Below are positions 18,267 to 27,549 of a DNA stretch of 64,000 bases, in pieces. This DNA is from Planctomycetia bacterium (GTDB taxonomy: Bacteria; Planctomycetota; UBA8108; SXIK01): positions 10,991 to 74,990 of the forward strand of contig SXIK01000158.1 of the NCBI GenBank assembly GCA_005772855.1. The letters run 5' to 3'. Both the position numbers and the translations under genes were made by a program. Each line of letters begins with the position of its first letter. Positions within the stretch are counted from its first letter, which is position 1. Below the pieces are notes generated by a model. The model was not told the origin of the DNA, did not search any database, and was given only the letters and a program-made list of their open reading frames with translations.

Positions 18267-21200
18267 GTGGCGGGTGGGATAGCCTTGCAAGGCGCCTTTG
18301 CGCCGCATGCCATGCAAGAGTTCAAGACGGATGACACCATAGGAAACAGGTACAAGGTCCTGCGCAAGCTCGGCGCCGGCGCCATGGGCAGTGTTTACCT
18401 GTGCGAGGACTCGGTCGAGAACAACATCAAGGTTGCTCTCAAGGTCCTGATTTCCGATAACCTTGACGACCAAGACGTCTGGGCGAAGGGTGAGTACGAG
18501 GCGCTTACGCGACTACGCCACCCGAACCTTGCTCGCGTCTACAATTTCGGGCGTCTCGAAGAGACGAACGAATACTTTATTGTCTCCGAGTTTATCAAGG
18601 GCATCGACCTCTACTCTGCGACCGAGTATCTCGATTACGAGGAGCTGGCCGACATCATCGTTCAGATTGCACGGGCACTCGAATACATTCATGCGCAGGG
18701 TTACGTTCACTTCGACATCAAGCCCGACAATATCCTGGTCACCCGTTACAAGACAGTCGGCATCAAGGAAGGCTCGAAAGTCCAGTACACCGAGTCGGAC
18801 CTCGCCTCGTCGAAGCGTGGCGTTTTCGCGAAGCCCAACGTAAAGCTAATTGATTTTGGGCTGGCGGAAAAAATTACTGGATCCTTCAACTTCGCAATCA
18901 AGGGTACGCTCAACTACCTTGCCCCGGAGATTCTGAACGGTACGACGCCGGACAAGCGAGCCGATCTCTATTCGCTGGGAGTGACGATCTACCAGGTTGC
19001 GAATCGAGATCTTCCTTTCTATCACGAAACGGCGAACGTTTTTCAGTCTGCGCCGATCACAAAACGATCGGACCTCTTCGGGCTGCACATGAAAAAGCAT
19101 CCCGAGTACTTGAGACTCTTGATCCTCAAGTTGCTTGAGGAGCGTCCCGAGGACCGGTTCCAGAGCGCGAAAGAGATCATCCAGTTCATCAATAAACAGA
19201 CGGAATATCACTTCGAGCTCGAGACTGCGGAGACCAGGGCCAGTTACTTCTACTCGTCCAAGCTGGTCGGTCGCCGCCGTGAGATGAACCTTCTGAAGGA
19301 GTTTCATGAGCAGGCATTCTTCCCAAATCGCTGGAAACAGCGCCTGGAAGCCTCCGTGGGCGGGGCGGTTCCAGCCGCAGTGACCGATGCCAGTGTGACG
19401 AAGAAGTTGGACGATGAGCCAGGGGCCGAGCTCAGGCTCTTGACTCCGGCCGAGGATGCCTCCGGCGCAGCCGATCTGCCGTCACTGATCCTGGTGAGCG
19501 GGGAAATGGGCTCGGGAAAATCGCGCCTTCTGGAAGAGTTCCAGCACTTCCTCAAGATGAACGACATCTCCCATCTTGCGGGCAATTGCTACGATGGAAA
19601 CATCAAGGCTTACCAACCCTTCGTGGAGATCCTGCGGCAGATTGTCTACACTTTTGGGGTCCACTCGCCGTTCTGTCGAAAGTGGCGACAGGACTTCCTC
19701 AGGCTGTTGCCGGAGCTCCGTGACAAGCGGGATACAGACGGGGAGCAGGCTTCTGGCATGCGGGCGGACAAGGAGAAGCTCTACTTTATCGAGCGATTGT
19801 CCCAACTGCTCCTTGATGCGTCACTGGAGGCTCCCTACGTTCTCATCATCAACAACCTCCAGTGGATTGATGAGGCCTCGACCGAGTTGCTGGCCAACCT
19901 CCTCAGCCGCATCAAGGAGATTCGCTCGAAGGGAGAGCAGGCGCCTCTTCTTGTGATCGCCAGTGTTCGCCAGGAAGAGGTTCACGTCGAGAACTTCAGG
20001 GACATGCTCGAGGATCTAAAGAAGTCCGGCGAGTGCCACGAGATTCAAGTCCGGCGGCTAAAACAGTCGCAAGTCCACGAGTTCCTCTGCGCCATGCTCA
20101 ATTTCTCGGATGTGCCCGAGCCGTTCGTTGAGAAGTTGGTGGAGAAGACGGGCGGCAATCCGCTCTTCATCGTCGAGACATTGAAGGCGCTCCAGGATGA
20201 TGGCGTGATCCGTAACGTCGGCGACGGGTGGGTGATTCGTGCCACCAGTTTCGACCGCATCGAGATTCCGCAGAGCATGGAGGACCTCCTCGAGAAGCGC
20301 CTTGGCAAGCTGAGCTCCAAGAAGCGCGAGATCCTTGATATCTTGAGCGTGATCGACAAACCCATCAACCCAAGGTTTCTCCAGAAGATAAAGCGGTTTG
20401 AGGATGTGGCCCTCCTGGTCGAGTTGCGCGACCTTGAGGCGGCTGGACTGGTCTCGAAGACCTTCGAGGATGGCAAGTTGCACTTTCAGATCGCGCAGAC
20501 GAAAGTGCGTGAGATTCTCTATTCGAGGATCCCCGAGGAGACACGCCAGAAGTACCACGGAGAGGTTGGAGGCGCATTCCTCGAGCTCTTCCGCGGGAAG
20601 GAAGACGAGATCCTCGAGGAGCTAGCATTCCACTTTCAGCGCAGTGAACAGGCCGCCAAGGCGCTGGAGCTTGCAATCAAGGCGGGCGATCGTCTGAAGG
20701 CCATCTATGCCAACGACCGAGCTCTCGCGTACTACCTCTACGTGCTTGAGAAGGTCGAGGGTGACCCAAGGCAAATTGCGCTTTGGATCGAAACGCAGGA
20801 GAAGCTGGGGGATCTCTGTACCATCATGGGTCGCTACGATCTGGCGGATCGAAGTTACAGCGCCCTCCTGCAGTCGGAGATGCGCAAGGATTTCGACCCG
20901 AACAGGCTCGTCAAGATCTATAACGCACGAGGCAAGGTCTTCGAGATTCAGGGCGACTATGAGCAATCGCTCCGGTGCTACAAGGACGCGCGCAACTATC
21001 TCTCGAGCTTCGAGCGCAAGAAGCTGATCCCCGAGCGAATTCATGTCTTCAACAGCATTGGCTGGGTCTACGTTTGCATGGGCAAGTACGAGAAGGCCAT
21101 GGCCATCTCGCTCGAAGCCTTGCGCGTGATCGAAGGTGGCCCAGAACGGATTGAGCACGCGATGGTCTACAACACCATCGGCAGCGCAAACTATTACAAG

Positions 21201-22697
21201 GGAAACGTCCGCGAGGCGATTGAATACCACCGCCGCAGTCTCCAGATTCGAGAGAACCTTGAAAGCATCCCGGAGATCACGATCTCGCTCAATAACCTGG
21301 GAAGTGCCCACATGGCAGGAACTGAGTATGGCGAGGCGGCCGAGCTCTTCGAGCGGGCTCTATCGACCAGCGAGCAGATTGGTGACCCTTACGGCAAGGC
21401 CGTGACGCTCCACAATTATGCCCGTCTCTACTTCGCTGTGGGAAAAACCGAAAGGGCATGGCAGGCGCTCGAAGAGTCCATGCGGCTTTCCAAGCTCTAC
21501 AAGATGCGGTTCCTTGGTATCCAGAACTACATTGTCCGTGGAAAAGCGCTGAGGGAACAGGGCGACTCTACCAAGGCCGAAGGCAACTTCTTCAGGGCGC
21601 TCACGGCCTTCTCGAAGCAGGGCAACCGCTGGGGCCTTTGCACCGTGCTGCTACAGATTTGTGATCTGCACCGGGAAAACGGTCACATGAAAGAGGCCCG
21701 TACCATGCTGGAAGAGGCGCGCCGTTATGCCGAGGAGCTCGACATTCACAACTTGCGCGTCCAGTGCTGCCTCGAGGACGCGCGTCTGGTCCGTGAAGAG
21801 GCCGCGGTGGGAAATGGCGCTCTCGAGGACGCAATCCGGCACCTTGAGGAGGCAAAGGGCCTGGCCGAGAAGTGCCTGAATGCGGAGCTGGTTGCCGAGG
21901 TGAGCTTCGAGATGGGCGAGACTCTGGTGCGGTTACGCCGTCTGCGGGAGGCCCCAGGCCACTACAAGGCCGCAGAGGAAAAGTTTCGTGAAATTGTCGA
22001 GAACTTGCCCGAGGAGTTTCGTGACAGCTACTCGATCCGCCTGAGGACGAAGTTTCGCGACTGGAAGGCGGGATCGAGCCTTTCCAAGCAACCACCCAGG
22101 CAGGATGGAGGCTCGCGGGAGTCCGGCGTCCCTGGAGCGCAACCCACAGGCGGCGCACCGGCCAGTCCGGAAGGGCTCCTACCCGCAGTCAGCGCCGAGG
22201 AGTCGCTTCGCCGTGTGAACGCATTGATGGAGTTTCTCTGCTCCATGGGGTCGCTCAAGGAGTTTCTGGGGAGGCTTTTGTGCGACATCCTCGTGGTGCT
22301 TCGGGCAGAAGCCGCCTACCTTCTTCGGGTCGAGGGCGAGGATTTGACTGTGGAGGGATTTGCTGCTGCCAAGGGGGTGGCCGTCAAGGACCCCGAGGAA
22401 GCTCTCTGCCTCGAGATTATTGAACAGGTCATCGCGCGGCGGCGGCCACTCCTCTTGGCCGACATCGGTGATGATCCCGTGGTCCAAAAGGAGCTCGATA
22501 CCCAGGGCAAGCGGATGGATTCGATCGCCATCGTCTCGTTCACCGTAAGTGCTGGCTCCACAGGCGTGCTCTACGTTGTCAATCCGCACCTCCCGCGAGG
22601 GGGCGGTGAGGGCAGCCTCTGGCTTGTCCAGCCCTACTTGAACCTGATCCCGCTGGGCTACTCGCAGCTCCGAGCTGAACCGGTTGCGACGAGTTGA
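18267..22697 (+). CDS. Multidomain STAND-type Ser/Thr kinase: kinase - P-loop NTPase - TPR array - C-terminal GAF
   Basis: 1476 aa. LGAGAMGSVYLC / HFDIKPDNILV / DFGLAE kinase motifs. Walker A LILVSGEMGSGKSRLL. Extended TPR region. C-terminal GAF-like segment. GTG start in the track; alternative ATG at 18312. Confidence 0.85.
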   Translation: MAGGIALQGAFAPHAMQEFKTDDTIGNRYKVLRKLGAGAMGSVYLCEDSVENNIKVALKVLISDNLDDQDVWAKGEYEALTRLRHPNLARVYNFGRLEETNEYFIVSEFIKGIDLYSATEYLDYEELADIIVQIARALEYIHAQGYVHFDIKPDNILVTRYKTVGIKEGSKVQYTESDLASSKRGVFAKPNVKLIDFGLAEKITGSFNFAIKGTLNYLAPEILNGTTPDKRADLYSLGVTIYQVANRDLPFYHETANVFQSAPITKRSDLFGLHMKKHPEYLRLLILKLLEERPEDRFQSAKEIIQFINKQTEYHFELETAETRASYFYSSKLVGRRREMNLLKEFHEQAFFPNRWKQRLEASVGGAVPAAVTDASVTKKLDDEPGAELRLLTPAEDASGAADLPSLILVSGEMGSGKSRLLEEFQHFLKMNDISHLAGNCYDGNIKAYQPFVEILRQIVYTFGVHSPFCRKWRQDFLRLLPELRDKRDTDGEQASGMRADKEKLYFIERLSQLLLDASLEAPYVLIINNLQWIDEASTELLANLLSRIKEIRSKGEQAPLLVIASVRQEEVHVENFRDMLEDLKKSGECHEIQVRRLKQSQVHEFLCAMLNFSDVPEPFVEKLVEKTGGNPLFIVETLKALQDDGVIRNVGDGWVIRATSFDRIEIPQSMEDLLEKRLGKLSSKKREILDILSVIDKPINPRFLQKIKRFEDVALLVELRDLEAAGLVSKTFEDGKLHFQIAQTKVREILYSRIPEETRQKYHGEVGGAFLELFRGKEDEILEELAFHFQRSEQAAKALELAIKAGDRLKAIYANDRALAYYLYVLEKVEGDPRQIALWIETQEKLGDLCTIMGRYDLADRSYSALLQSEMRKDFDPNRLVKIYNARGKVFEIQGDYEQSLRCYKDARNYLSSFERKKLIPERIHVFNSIGWVYVCMGKYEKAMAISLEALRVIEGGPERIEHAMVYNTIGSANYYKGNVREAIEYHRRSLQIRENLESIPEITISLNNLGSAHMAGTEYGEAAELFERALSTSEQIGDPYGKAVTLHNYARLYFAVGKTERAWQALEESMRLSKLYKMRFLGIQNYIVRGKALREQGDSTKAEGNFFRALTAFSKQGNRWGLCTVLLQICDLHRENGHMKEARTMLEEARRYAEELDIHNLRVQCCLEDARLVREEAAVGNGALEDAIRHLEEAKGLAEKCLNAELVAEVSFEMGETLVRLRRLREAPGHYKAAEEKFREIVENLPEEFRDSYSIRLRTKFRDWKAGSSLSKQPPRQDGGSRESGVPGAQPTGGAPASPEGLLPAVSAEESLRRVNALMEFLCSMGSLKEFLGRLLCDILVVLRAEAAYLLRVEGEDLTVEGFAAAKGVAVKDPEEALCLEIIEQVIARRRPLLLADIGDDPVVQKELDTQGKRMDSIAIVSFTVSAGSTGVLYVVNPHLPRGGGEGSLWLVQPYLNLIPLGYSQLRAEPVATS

Positions 22698-22812
22698 GAG
22701 CCTGGCTTTTCCTTGCGGGAGGCTTCGACGAAACTCGGCCTGCGACGCGTCTGAGCGTTGTTCGACGGCCACGTATGGGGAGAGATCCCGCTAGGGTTTT
22801 CGTCGATAGGCG

Positions 22813-24321
22813 TCAGCAGAGTCTCGCCAGGGCCTCTGCGATCTGGCGGCGAATGTCCTCAGTTCCTGCGTGTGGTAAGAGCTCAGCCTCAAGTCGCGTG
22901 AGCCGGGAGTGCAGTCTTACACGTTCCACGAGCGTCAAGGCCTTGCCCGCCTCGGCGAGGGCCTGCCCGGCGAAGTCTCGAAGGGCCCGACGGTAAGTAT
23001 CTCCCTCTCCACGTACGACCGTGAAGTGGCCACCTCCTTCGTGTGCAGGGAAGCGTGTGTCGGGCCGCGTCCGCCAGGTGAAGCGCCAGACGCCGAGCTC
23101 GTCGGGTCGGTACTCGCAGGTGTACAGAAATGGCTTGGTGAGTCTGGCGAAGCATTCAACAAATCGTCCGGAGGGAGCTGTGAACTGGAACTGAACTCGC
23201 AAGTCCTCAGGGCGTTTGACGTGGGGCGTCCACGTTTCGAGAATTGAAGTTGCGAACAGCTCGCCGGCGGCGACGGAATGTGGATCGCTCGCAATGAGCA
23301 CCTCCTTCGAGACGAAGACCGCCGGCTCGAGTGGGTGAGGGGTGTCGAGGGAGAGCGAAGCGCAAAGGACAGTGCCTTCGGGTCGGTTCACCGGCAGTTC
23401 GGGCGGGAAGATGACACATTGCCCGGGCTCGAGCACAAAAGGCCTGTGTTCGGCCATCAGGGTTGGCGCCGTCCAATCGACGACGAGGCTCGGGCGCTTT
23501 ATTGGGCGTAAACTGTCACCAAACTCGCGAGAATAGAAGGCTCGGATCGATCCCGGACGCGCCTCGAGCGTGTCACTCAACTTCACAATGAGATCGAGCG
23601 GGCGTTTTAGTGCCAGGCAGAGCTCGACGTGTGCGGCGAGGCGAGGCCCCGAGAGTACGAGCGGTTCGGTCAGACTTTCCAATCTCGCGAAGGCCAGTGG
23701 CTCTGCCGCTCGGTCTGCGTCTGGATGGGTGTCGGATCCGAAACCGCAGCCAGGCTTTGTCCAGGGAAGGTTGCCAAGCTTTGCGTCGATCCACCAGGCG
23801 TCGCCGGGCTCGGGCTCGGACTGGTTGTCACGCTTCACGCCGCCAAGGCCTGGGCCCCAGTCCTTCTTGACTTCGTAGATGTAAAAGTCGACGGACGAGA
23901 GCAGAGGATTGCGGTGTGGGAACTGGCGCAAGTCCTCCTGGGTGAGCGTCAGCACCGCTGATTTCACCCTCGCAAAGGGTGGAATGGGGCTCAAGTCCCA
24001 ACGCTGCAGCGCTCGCATCACCTCGTAGCGACCCTTTTTCGGACCGGAAGCCTCGCAGCCGATCCGTACGTGGTACTGTGTTGCCACGTTGCGGCGGAAT
24101 TTTACCGAGCCGTCGAGGAAGCCGCGGATTTCGGTGTCGTACATGTCGAGGTAGTGAAGCCCTGGACGCAGCACCGTCTGCATTCTCGGCCCCTCCGAGG
24201 GTGCCGAGGGGCTGCACAGGAGCACGTTGGCCGTCCCCGAAACCGCTGGCAGGGTTTCAGGCACCTTCCTGGCGGCACGCGTCCTCCGCCACTTGCGTAT
24301 CCGCTTTCGGAGCCACTGCAT
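22813..24321 (-). CDS. Hypothetical protein (502 aa), no recognisable domain
   Basis: Long ORF with coding-like composition between the kinase genes and the FHA-HD-GYP gene. Basic N-terminus, Trp/Pro-rich middle region. Confidence 0.5.
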   Translation of the reverse strand: MQWLRKRIRKWRRTRAARKVPETLPAVSGTANVLLCSPSAPSEGPRMQTVLRPGLHYLDMYDTEIRGFLDGSVKFRRNVATQYHVRIGCEASGPKKGRYEVMRALQRWDLSPIPPFARVKSAVLTLTQEDLRQFPHRNPLLSSVDFYIYEVKKDWGPGLGGVKRDNQSEPEPGDAWWIDAKLGNLPWTKPGCGFGSDTHPDADRAAEPLAFARLESLTEPLVLSGPRLAAHVELCLALKRPLDLIVKLSDTLEARPGSIRAFYSREFGDSLRPIKRPSLVVDWTAPTLMAEHRPFVLEPGQCVIFPPELPVNRPEGTVLCASLSLDTPHPLEPAVFVSKEVLIASDPHSVAAGELFATSILETWTPHVKRPEDLRVQFQFTAPSGRFVECFARLTKPFLYTCEYRPDELGVWRFTWRTRPDTRFPAHEGGGHFTVVRGEGDTYRRALRDFAGQALAEAGKALTLVERVRLHSRLTRLEAELLPHAGTEDIRRQIAEALARLC

Positions 24322-24370
24322 GAATATTTTTCGACCCAGGCGAGGGCTCGCCTGAACGCCGCTCTCTTCT

Positions 24371-25891
24371 CTAACTGAGCGGCGCTTCGAAGAACTCTTC
24401 CTCCTGATCGAAGAGCCGTCCGTTCCGGTAAGCCCTCAGGAGTGCGTTTACGGTGTTGCGGTCAAATGCCCGGTCAGTCATTTCCCGGATCTTGAGGAGC
24501 GCGTCCTTGATCGTCATCTCCTCACTTCCTTGAGCGCCGTGATAGAGATTTCGATCGAGCTCGAGCGCAATCCCAAGGATTCTTGCGAGCACGGGGACTT
24601 CATCGCCTTTCTTGCCCTCGGGTGAGCCAGTGCCGTCCCACCGCTCGTTCTGGCCTTCGACTGCCGGCAGGATTTCTTCGAGACCTGGCATCGACTTCAG
24701 GAGCTCTCGGGCGAAATGGTTCTTCTTTGGATCCAGCGTGAGCGTTTGATCCCGATCCTTGTCAGTGAGCGGAATCGAGCCGATGTCATGAAGCATGCCC
24801 GCCAGCCAAGCATTCCTGACGCCGTGAGTGTCGAGGCCAAGCTCCTTGGCGATCGAGATGCAGAAGGACGCCACGCGCTCCGACCTGCCTTTCGTGGCAG
24901 GATTGCGCATCTCGATGCCCGAGACGAGCGCCCGGATCGAGTTCCGGAAGAACTTATCAGAGTTTCGAACGACCTTCAGGAACCCGATAGTCGTTCCCAA
25001 CTGGATGCCGACAGCCGTTGAAAGCTCGAGATCTTCGGCGGAAAATGCCTCCGAATTGCCAGAGTAAATATAGAGTACGCCTCTGGTCTTGCCGAGCAAC
25101 GTGATTGGAATGCAGATCACGCTGCGCAACTGCCGCATGACGACGGTCGCCATGTTGTTGAATTGGCTGTCGGCGGCAGCGTCGGAGGTCAGGACCGCGC
25201 GGCCGTGGCGGGTGCAGTCGCGGACGATGCCTCTTGATACGCAACCCGCGCCCGCCTCGAGCCCCGGCTTGTCGTAACGTCCGAGGATTTCAAAGGCATC
25301 TTCGACTTCCTCCTTTGCCCACAGGACGTAGACATGATCGGCACCGAGGTGCTGGCCGAGCACTTCCGCAGTTCGGCTCAGGAGCCGGGATAGATCGCGC
25401 TCCTCAGCGATGATCGTGGCGGTCACAAGCAGCAGCCGCAGATGGCGGCTTTCCGCCGTCTTCTCGGGGATCGATGCGGGCCGGCTTGAATCCATCAAGG
25501 TCGTGGCGAGATGGATGGTCGCGCTGGGAGAGATGGCCTCCTGCACCGATCCCACGGGCATTGCTTCTTCCGACAGAATACGGCTCGAGTCGCGCAGGTG
25601 AGCTTGTTTGTCCTCGAAGACCATGATGGTGTTGCCGACGCGGACTTGGTCGCCAACACGCAGCAACTCCTCGCTGATCGTCTTCTCGTTGACGAACGTG
25701 CCGTTGCGGCTATCCAGATCGCGAATGAAGAACATCTCGCCGATCCGAAAGATCTCCGCGTGGCGCCTTGACACGCCTTGATCCAGGATCTGCACCCCAT
25801 CAGTGACATCGCGGCCCATGACGAGGTTCTCGTCACGGATCTCAAACACCTTGCCCTTGTGTGGACCGGCCTTCACGCGTAGGATCGCCAT
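24371..25891 (-). CDS. FHA - GAF - HD-GYP (degenerate GSP) c-di-GMP phosphodiesterase-like protein
   Basis: N-terminal FHA (GRDVTDGVQILDQGVSRRHAEI...RDLDSRNGTFVN). Central GAF. C-terminal HD domain (HDIGSIP) and ERWDGTGSP in place of the canonical ERWDGSGYP. Confidence 0.8.
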   Translation of the reverse strand: MAILRVKAGPHKGKVFEIRDENLVMGRDVTDGVQILDQGVSRRHAEIFRIGEMFFIRDLDSRNGTFVNEKTISEELLRVGDQVRVGNTIMVFEDKQAHLRDSSRILSEEAMPVGSVQEAISPSATIHLATTLMDSSRPASIPEKTAESRHLRLLLVTATIIAEERDLSRLLSRTAEVLGQHLGADHVYVLWAKEEVEDAFEILGRYDKPGLEAGAGCVSRGIVRDCTRHGRAVLTSDAAADSQFNNMATVVMRQLRSVICIPITLLGKTRGVLYIYSGNSEAFSAEDLELSTAVGIQLGTTIGFLKVVRNSDKFFRNSIRALVSGIEMRNPATKGRSERVASFCISIAKELGLDTHGVRNAWLAGMLHDIGSIPLTDKDRDQTLTLDPKKNHFARELLKSMPGLEEILPAVEGQNERWDGTGSPEGKKGDEVPVLARILGIALELDRNLYHGAQGSEEMTIKDALLKIREMTDRAFDRNTVNALLRAYRNGRLFDQEEEFFEAPLS

Positions 25892-25976
25892 TTACCTTCA
25901 GTCTCCGGGTGGGGGGTGAAGGCGAGATTATACTCCTCAAGGGGAAGGAAGACCTCCCCCCGCACCGGGCGCCCCG

Positions 25977-26858
25977 ATGCTGATGGTGGGGGAGCCCTGG
26001 TCAGGATGTCCCAATCATGGCCGCGCGGAGTGTTTACCAAGGCGAGAGGTGGCCACGAAAGACCCCAGAACGTACACCGATGCTGACTCCGACGTCTGCC
26101 GGGGCGGTGTCGTCACATTGTCGGAGGCCACGAGGGACGGGCCAACGCTTCTCGTGAGCGTACGGGATGCTGCCGAGGCCATCGAGGCTCTCGAGGGAGG
26201 GGCCGGAATCCTTGATGTGAAGGATCCCCACGAGGGCCCGCTCGGGCGCGCTTCGCGCGTGGCAACGCATGCCATCGTGAGAGCCTGGGAGTCGCGGGGC
26301 CGTCGTTCACTCCTGACGGCTGCCCTTGGAGACCTCGATCCCGGCGAGAGCGCAGATTCCTTCGAGCCGCCACGCGGTGTCGCAATCTTCAAGCTTGGCC
26401 TCGCGGGTTGGAGTAACCGGCCCGGCTGGGAGGTGTTGCTCGATGGCTGGAGACGCAAGCTCGCCAGCCACTCGGCGAATCTCGTGGTGGCTGCCTATGC
26501 CGACTGGCGAGAGGCGAGATCCCCCAACGTGGACGCAGTGCTCGCCTTTGCAATCTCCAGGGGCCTTCCTTTCTTTCTGGTGGACACCTTCAAGAAGGAT
26601 GGACGAGGCCTCAGGGATCACGTGTCGCTGGAGCAGGTCGCGGGCTGGATCGCAGCAGCGCACGCCGCCCATGTGCGCGTTGCGCTGGCTGGATCCCTGC
26701 GTGTTGACGACCTGGACCTGCTGGCAGCCCTGGGGGCCGACGTGCTCGCCGCCCGTGGCGCAGCGTGTCGAAACGGCGACAGGCTTGCATCGATCGACCG
26801 CGCTAGGGTCGCGACCTTATCGATTCAGCTTGCGGCACGAAGACGCCGTCCTGCATGA
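25977..26858 (+). CDS. MfnB/DUF556-family class I aldolase-like protein ((5-formylfuran-3-yl)methyl phosphate synthase homologue)
   Basis: LVSVRDAAEAIEALEGGAGILDVKDPHEGPLG, KLGLAG, VVAAYADW, ALAGSL and ARGAACRNGDR parallel the conserved blocks of MfnB (GGADIIDVKNPKEGSLG, KVGLYG, VVAAGYAD, ALAGSI, VRGAACTGGDR). About 50-aa N-terminal extension. Confidence 0.6.
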   Translation: MLMVGEPWSGCPNHGRAECLPRREVATKDPRTYTDADSDVCRGGVVTLSEATRDGPTLLVSVRDAAEAIEALEGGAGILDVKDPHEGPLGRASRVATHAIVRAWESRGRRSLLTAALGDLDPGESADSFEPPRGVAIFKLGLAGWSNRPGWEVLLDGWRRKLASHSANLVVAAYADWREARSPNVDAVLAFAISRGLPFFLVDTFKKDGRGLRDHVSLEQVAGWIAAAHAAHVRVALAGSLRVDDLDLLAALGADVLAARGAACRNGDRLASIDRARVATLSIQLAARRRRPA

Positions 26859-27549
26859 GAAGCCTGCGATGAGCGAGGCGGGCGAGGCGCTCGTCGTGTG
26901 TAACGAGAACAAAGCTGACGTTAAGCGTCTTTTGAAGATCCAGGATCAGGTTGTGAATTCTCTCGCCCGTGACCGAGTCGAGGTTGCCCGTCGGCTCATC
27001 GCAAAACACGAGTTGCGGGTCGTTGAGCAGCGCCCGGGCAATTGCGGCCCGCTGGCGCTCCCCGCCCGAGAGTTGATTGGGCGAGAAGTCGCGTCGTGCA
27101 AGAATTCCGACGCGGTCGAGCAGGTCAGATGCCTTGGCCTCTAGCTCCTTCCTCCGGGCTCGATAGGCGGCTCGGCCATGAAGGATCATTGCGGGGAGTA
27201 GTACGTTCTCGATCAGGCTCAGGTCGGGCAGCAAATGATAAAACTGAAAGACGAAGCCGAACTCTTGATTTCGGATCCTGGCTCGCGCCTTCAAACTCAG
27301 CCTTGCGAGGTCGACTTGATCGTTTCCCACGTTCCGTGGTCTGTAGTGGAGCGTCCCGCTCGTTGGCGTGTCGAGCAGCCCGAGCAGGTTGAGGAGTGTG
27401 CTCTTGCCGACGCCCGAGTGGCCGACGATGGAGAGAATTTCGCCACGACGGATGTCGAGATCTATACCCTTCAAGACGGAGATTACGATGCGGTTGGACT
27501 GGTACTCCTTCGCGAGGCCTCGGGCCGAGTAGATCACTTGCTCATGCAT
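26803..27549 (-). CDS. ABC transporter ATP-binding protein (LolD/FtsE-like)
   Basis: Walker A GHSGVGKST, ABC signature LSGGERQRAAIARAL, Walker B/D-loop. Start taken at MHEQVIY; the track ORF extends upstream to 27618. Confidence 0.8.
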   Translation of the reverse strand: MHEQVIYSARGLAKEYQSNRIVISVLKGIDLDIRRGEILSIVGHSGVGKSTLLNLLGLLDTPTSGTLHYRPRNVGNDQVDLARLSLKARARIRNQEFGFVFQFYHLLPDLSLIENVLLPAMILHGRAAYRARRKELEAKASDLLDRVGILARRDFSPNQLSGGERQRAAIARALLNDPQLVFCDEPTGNLDSVTGERIHNLILDLQKTLNVSFVLVTHDERLARLAHRRLLMQDGVFVPQAESIRSRP

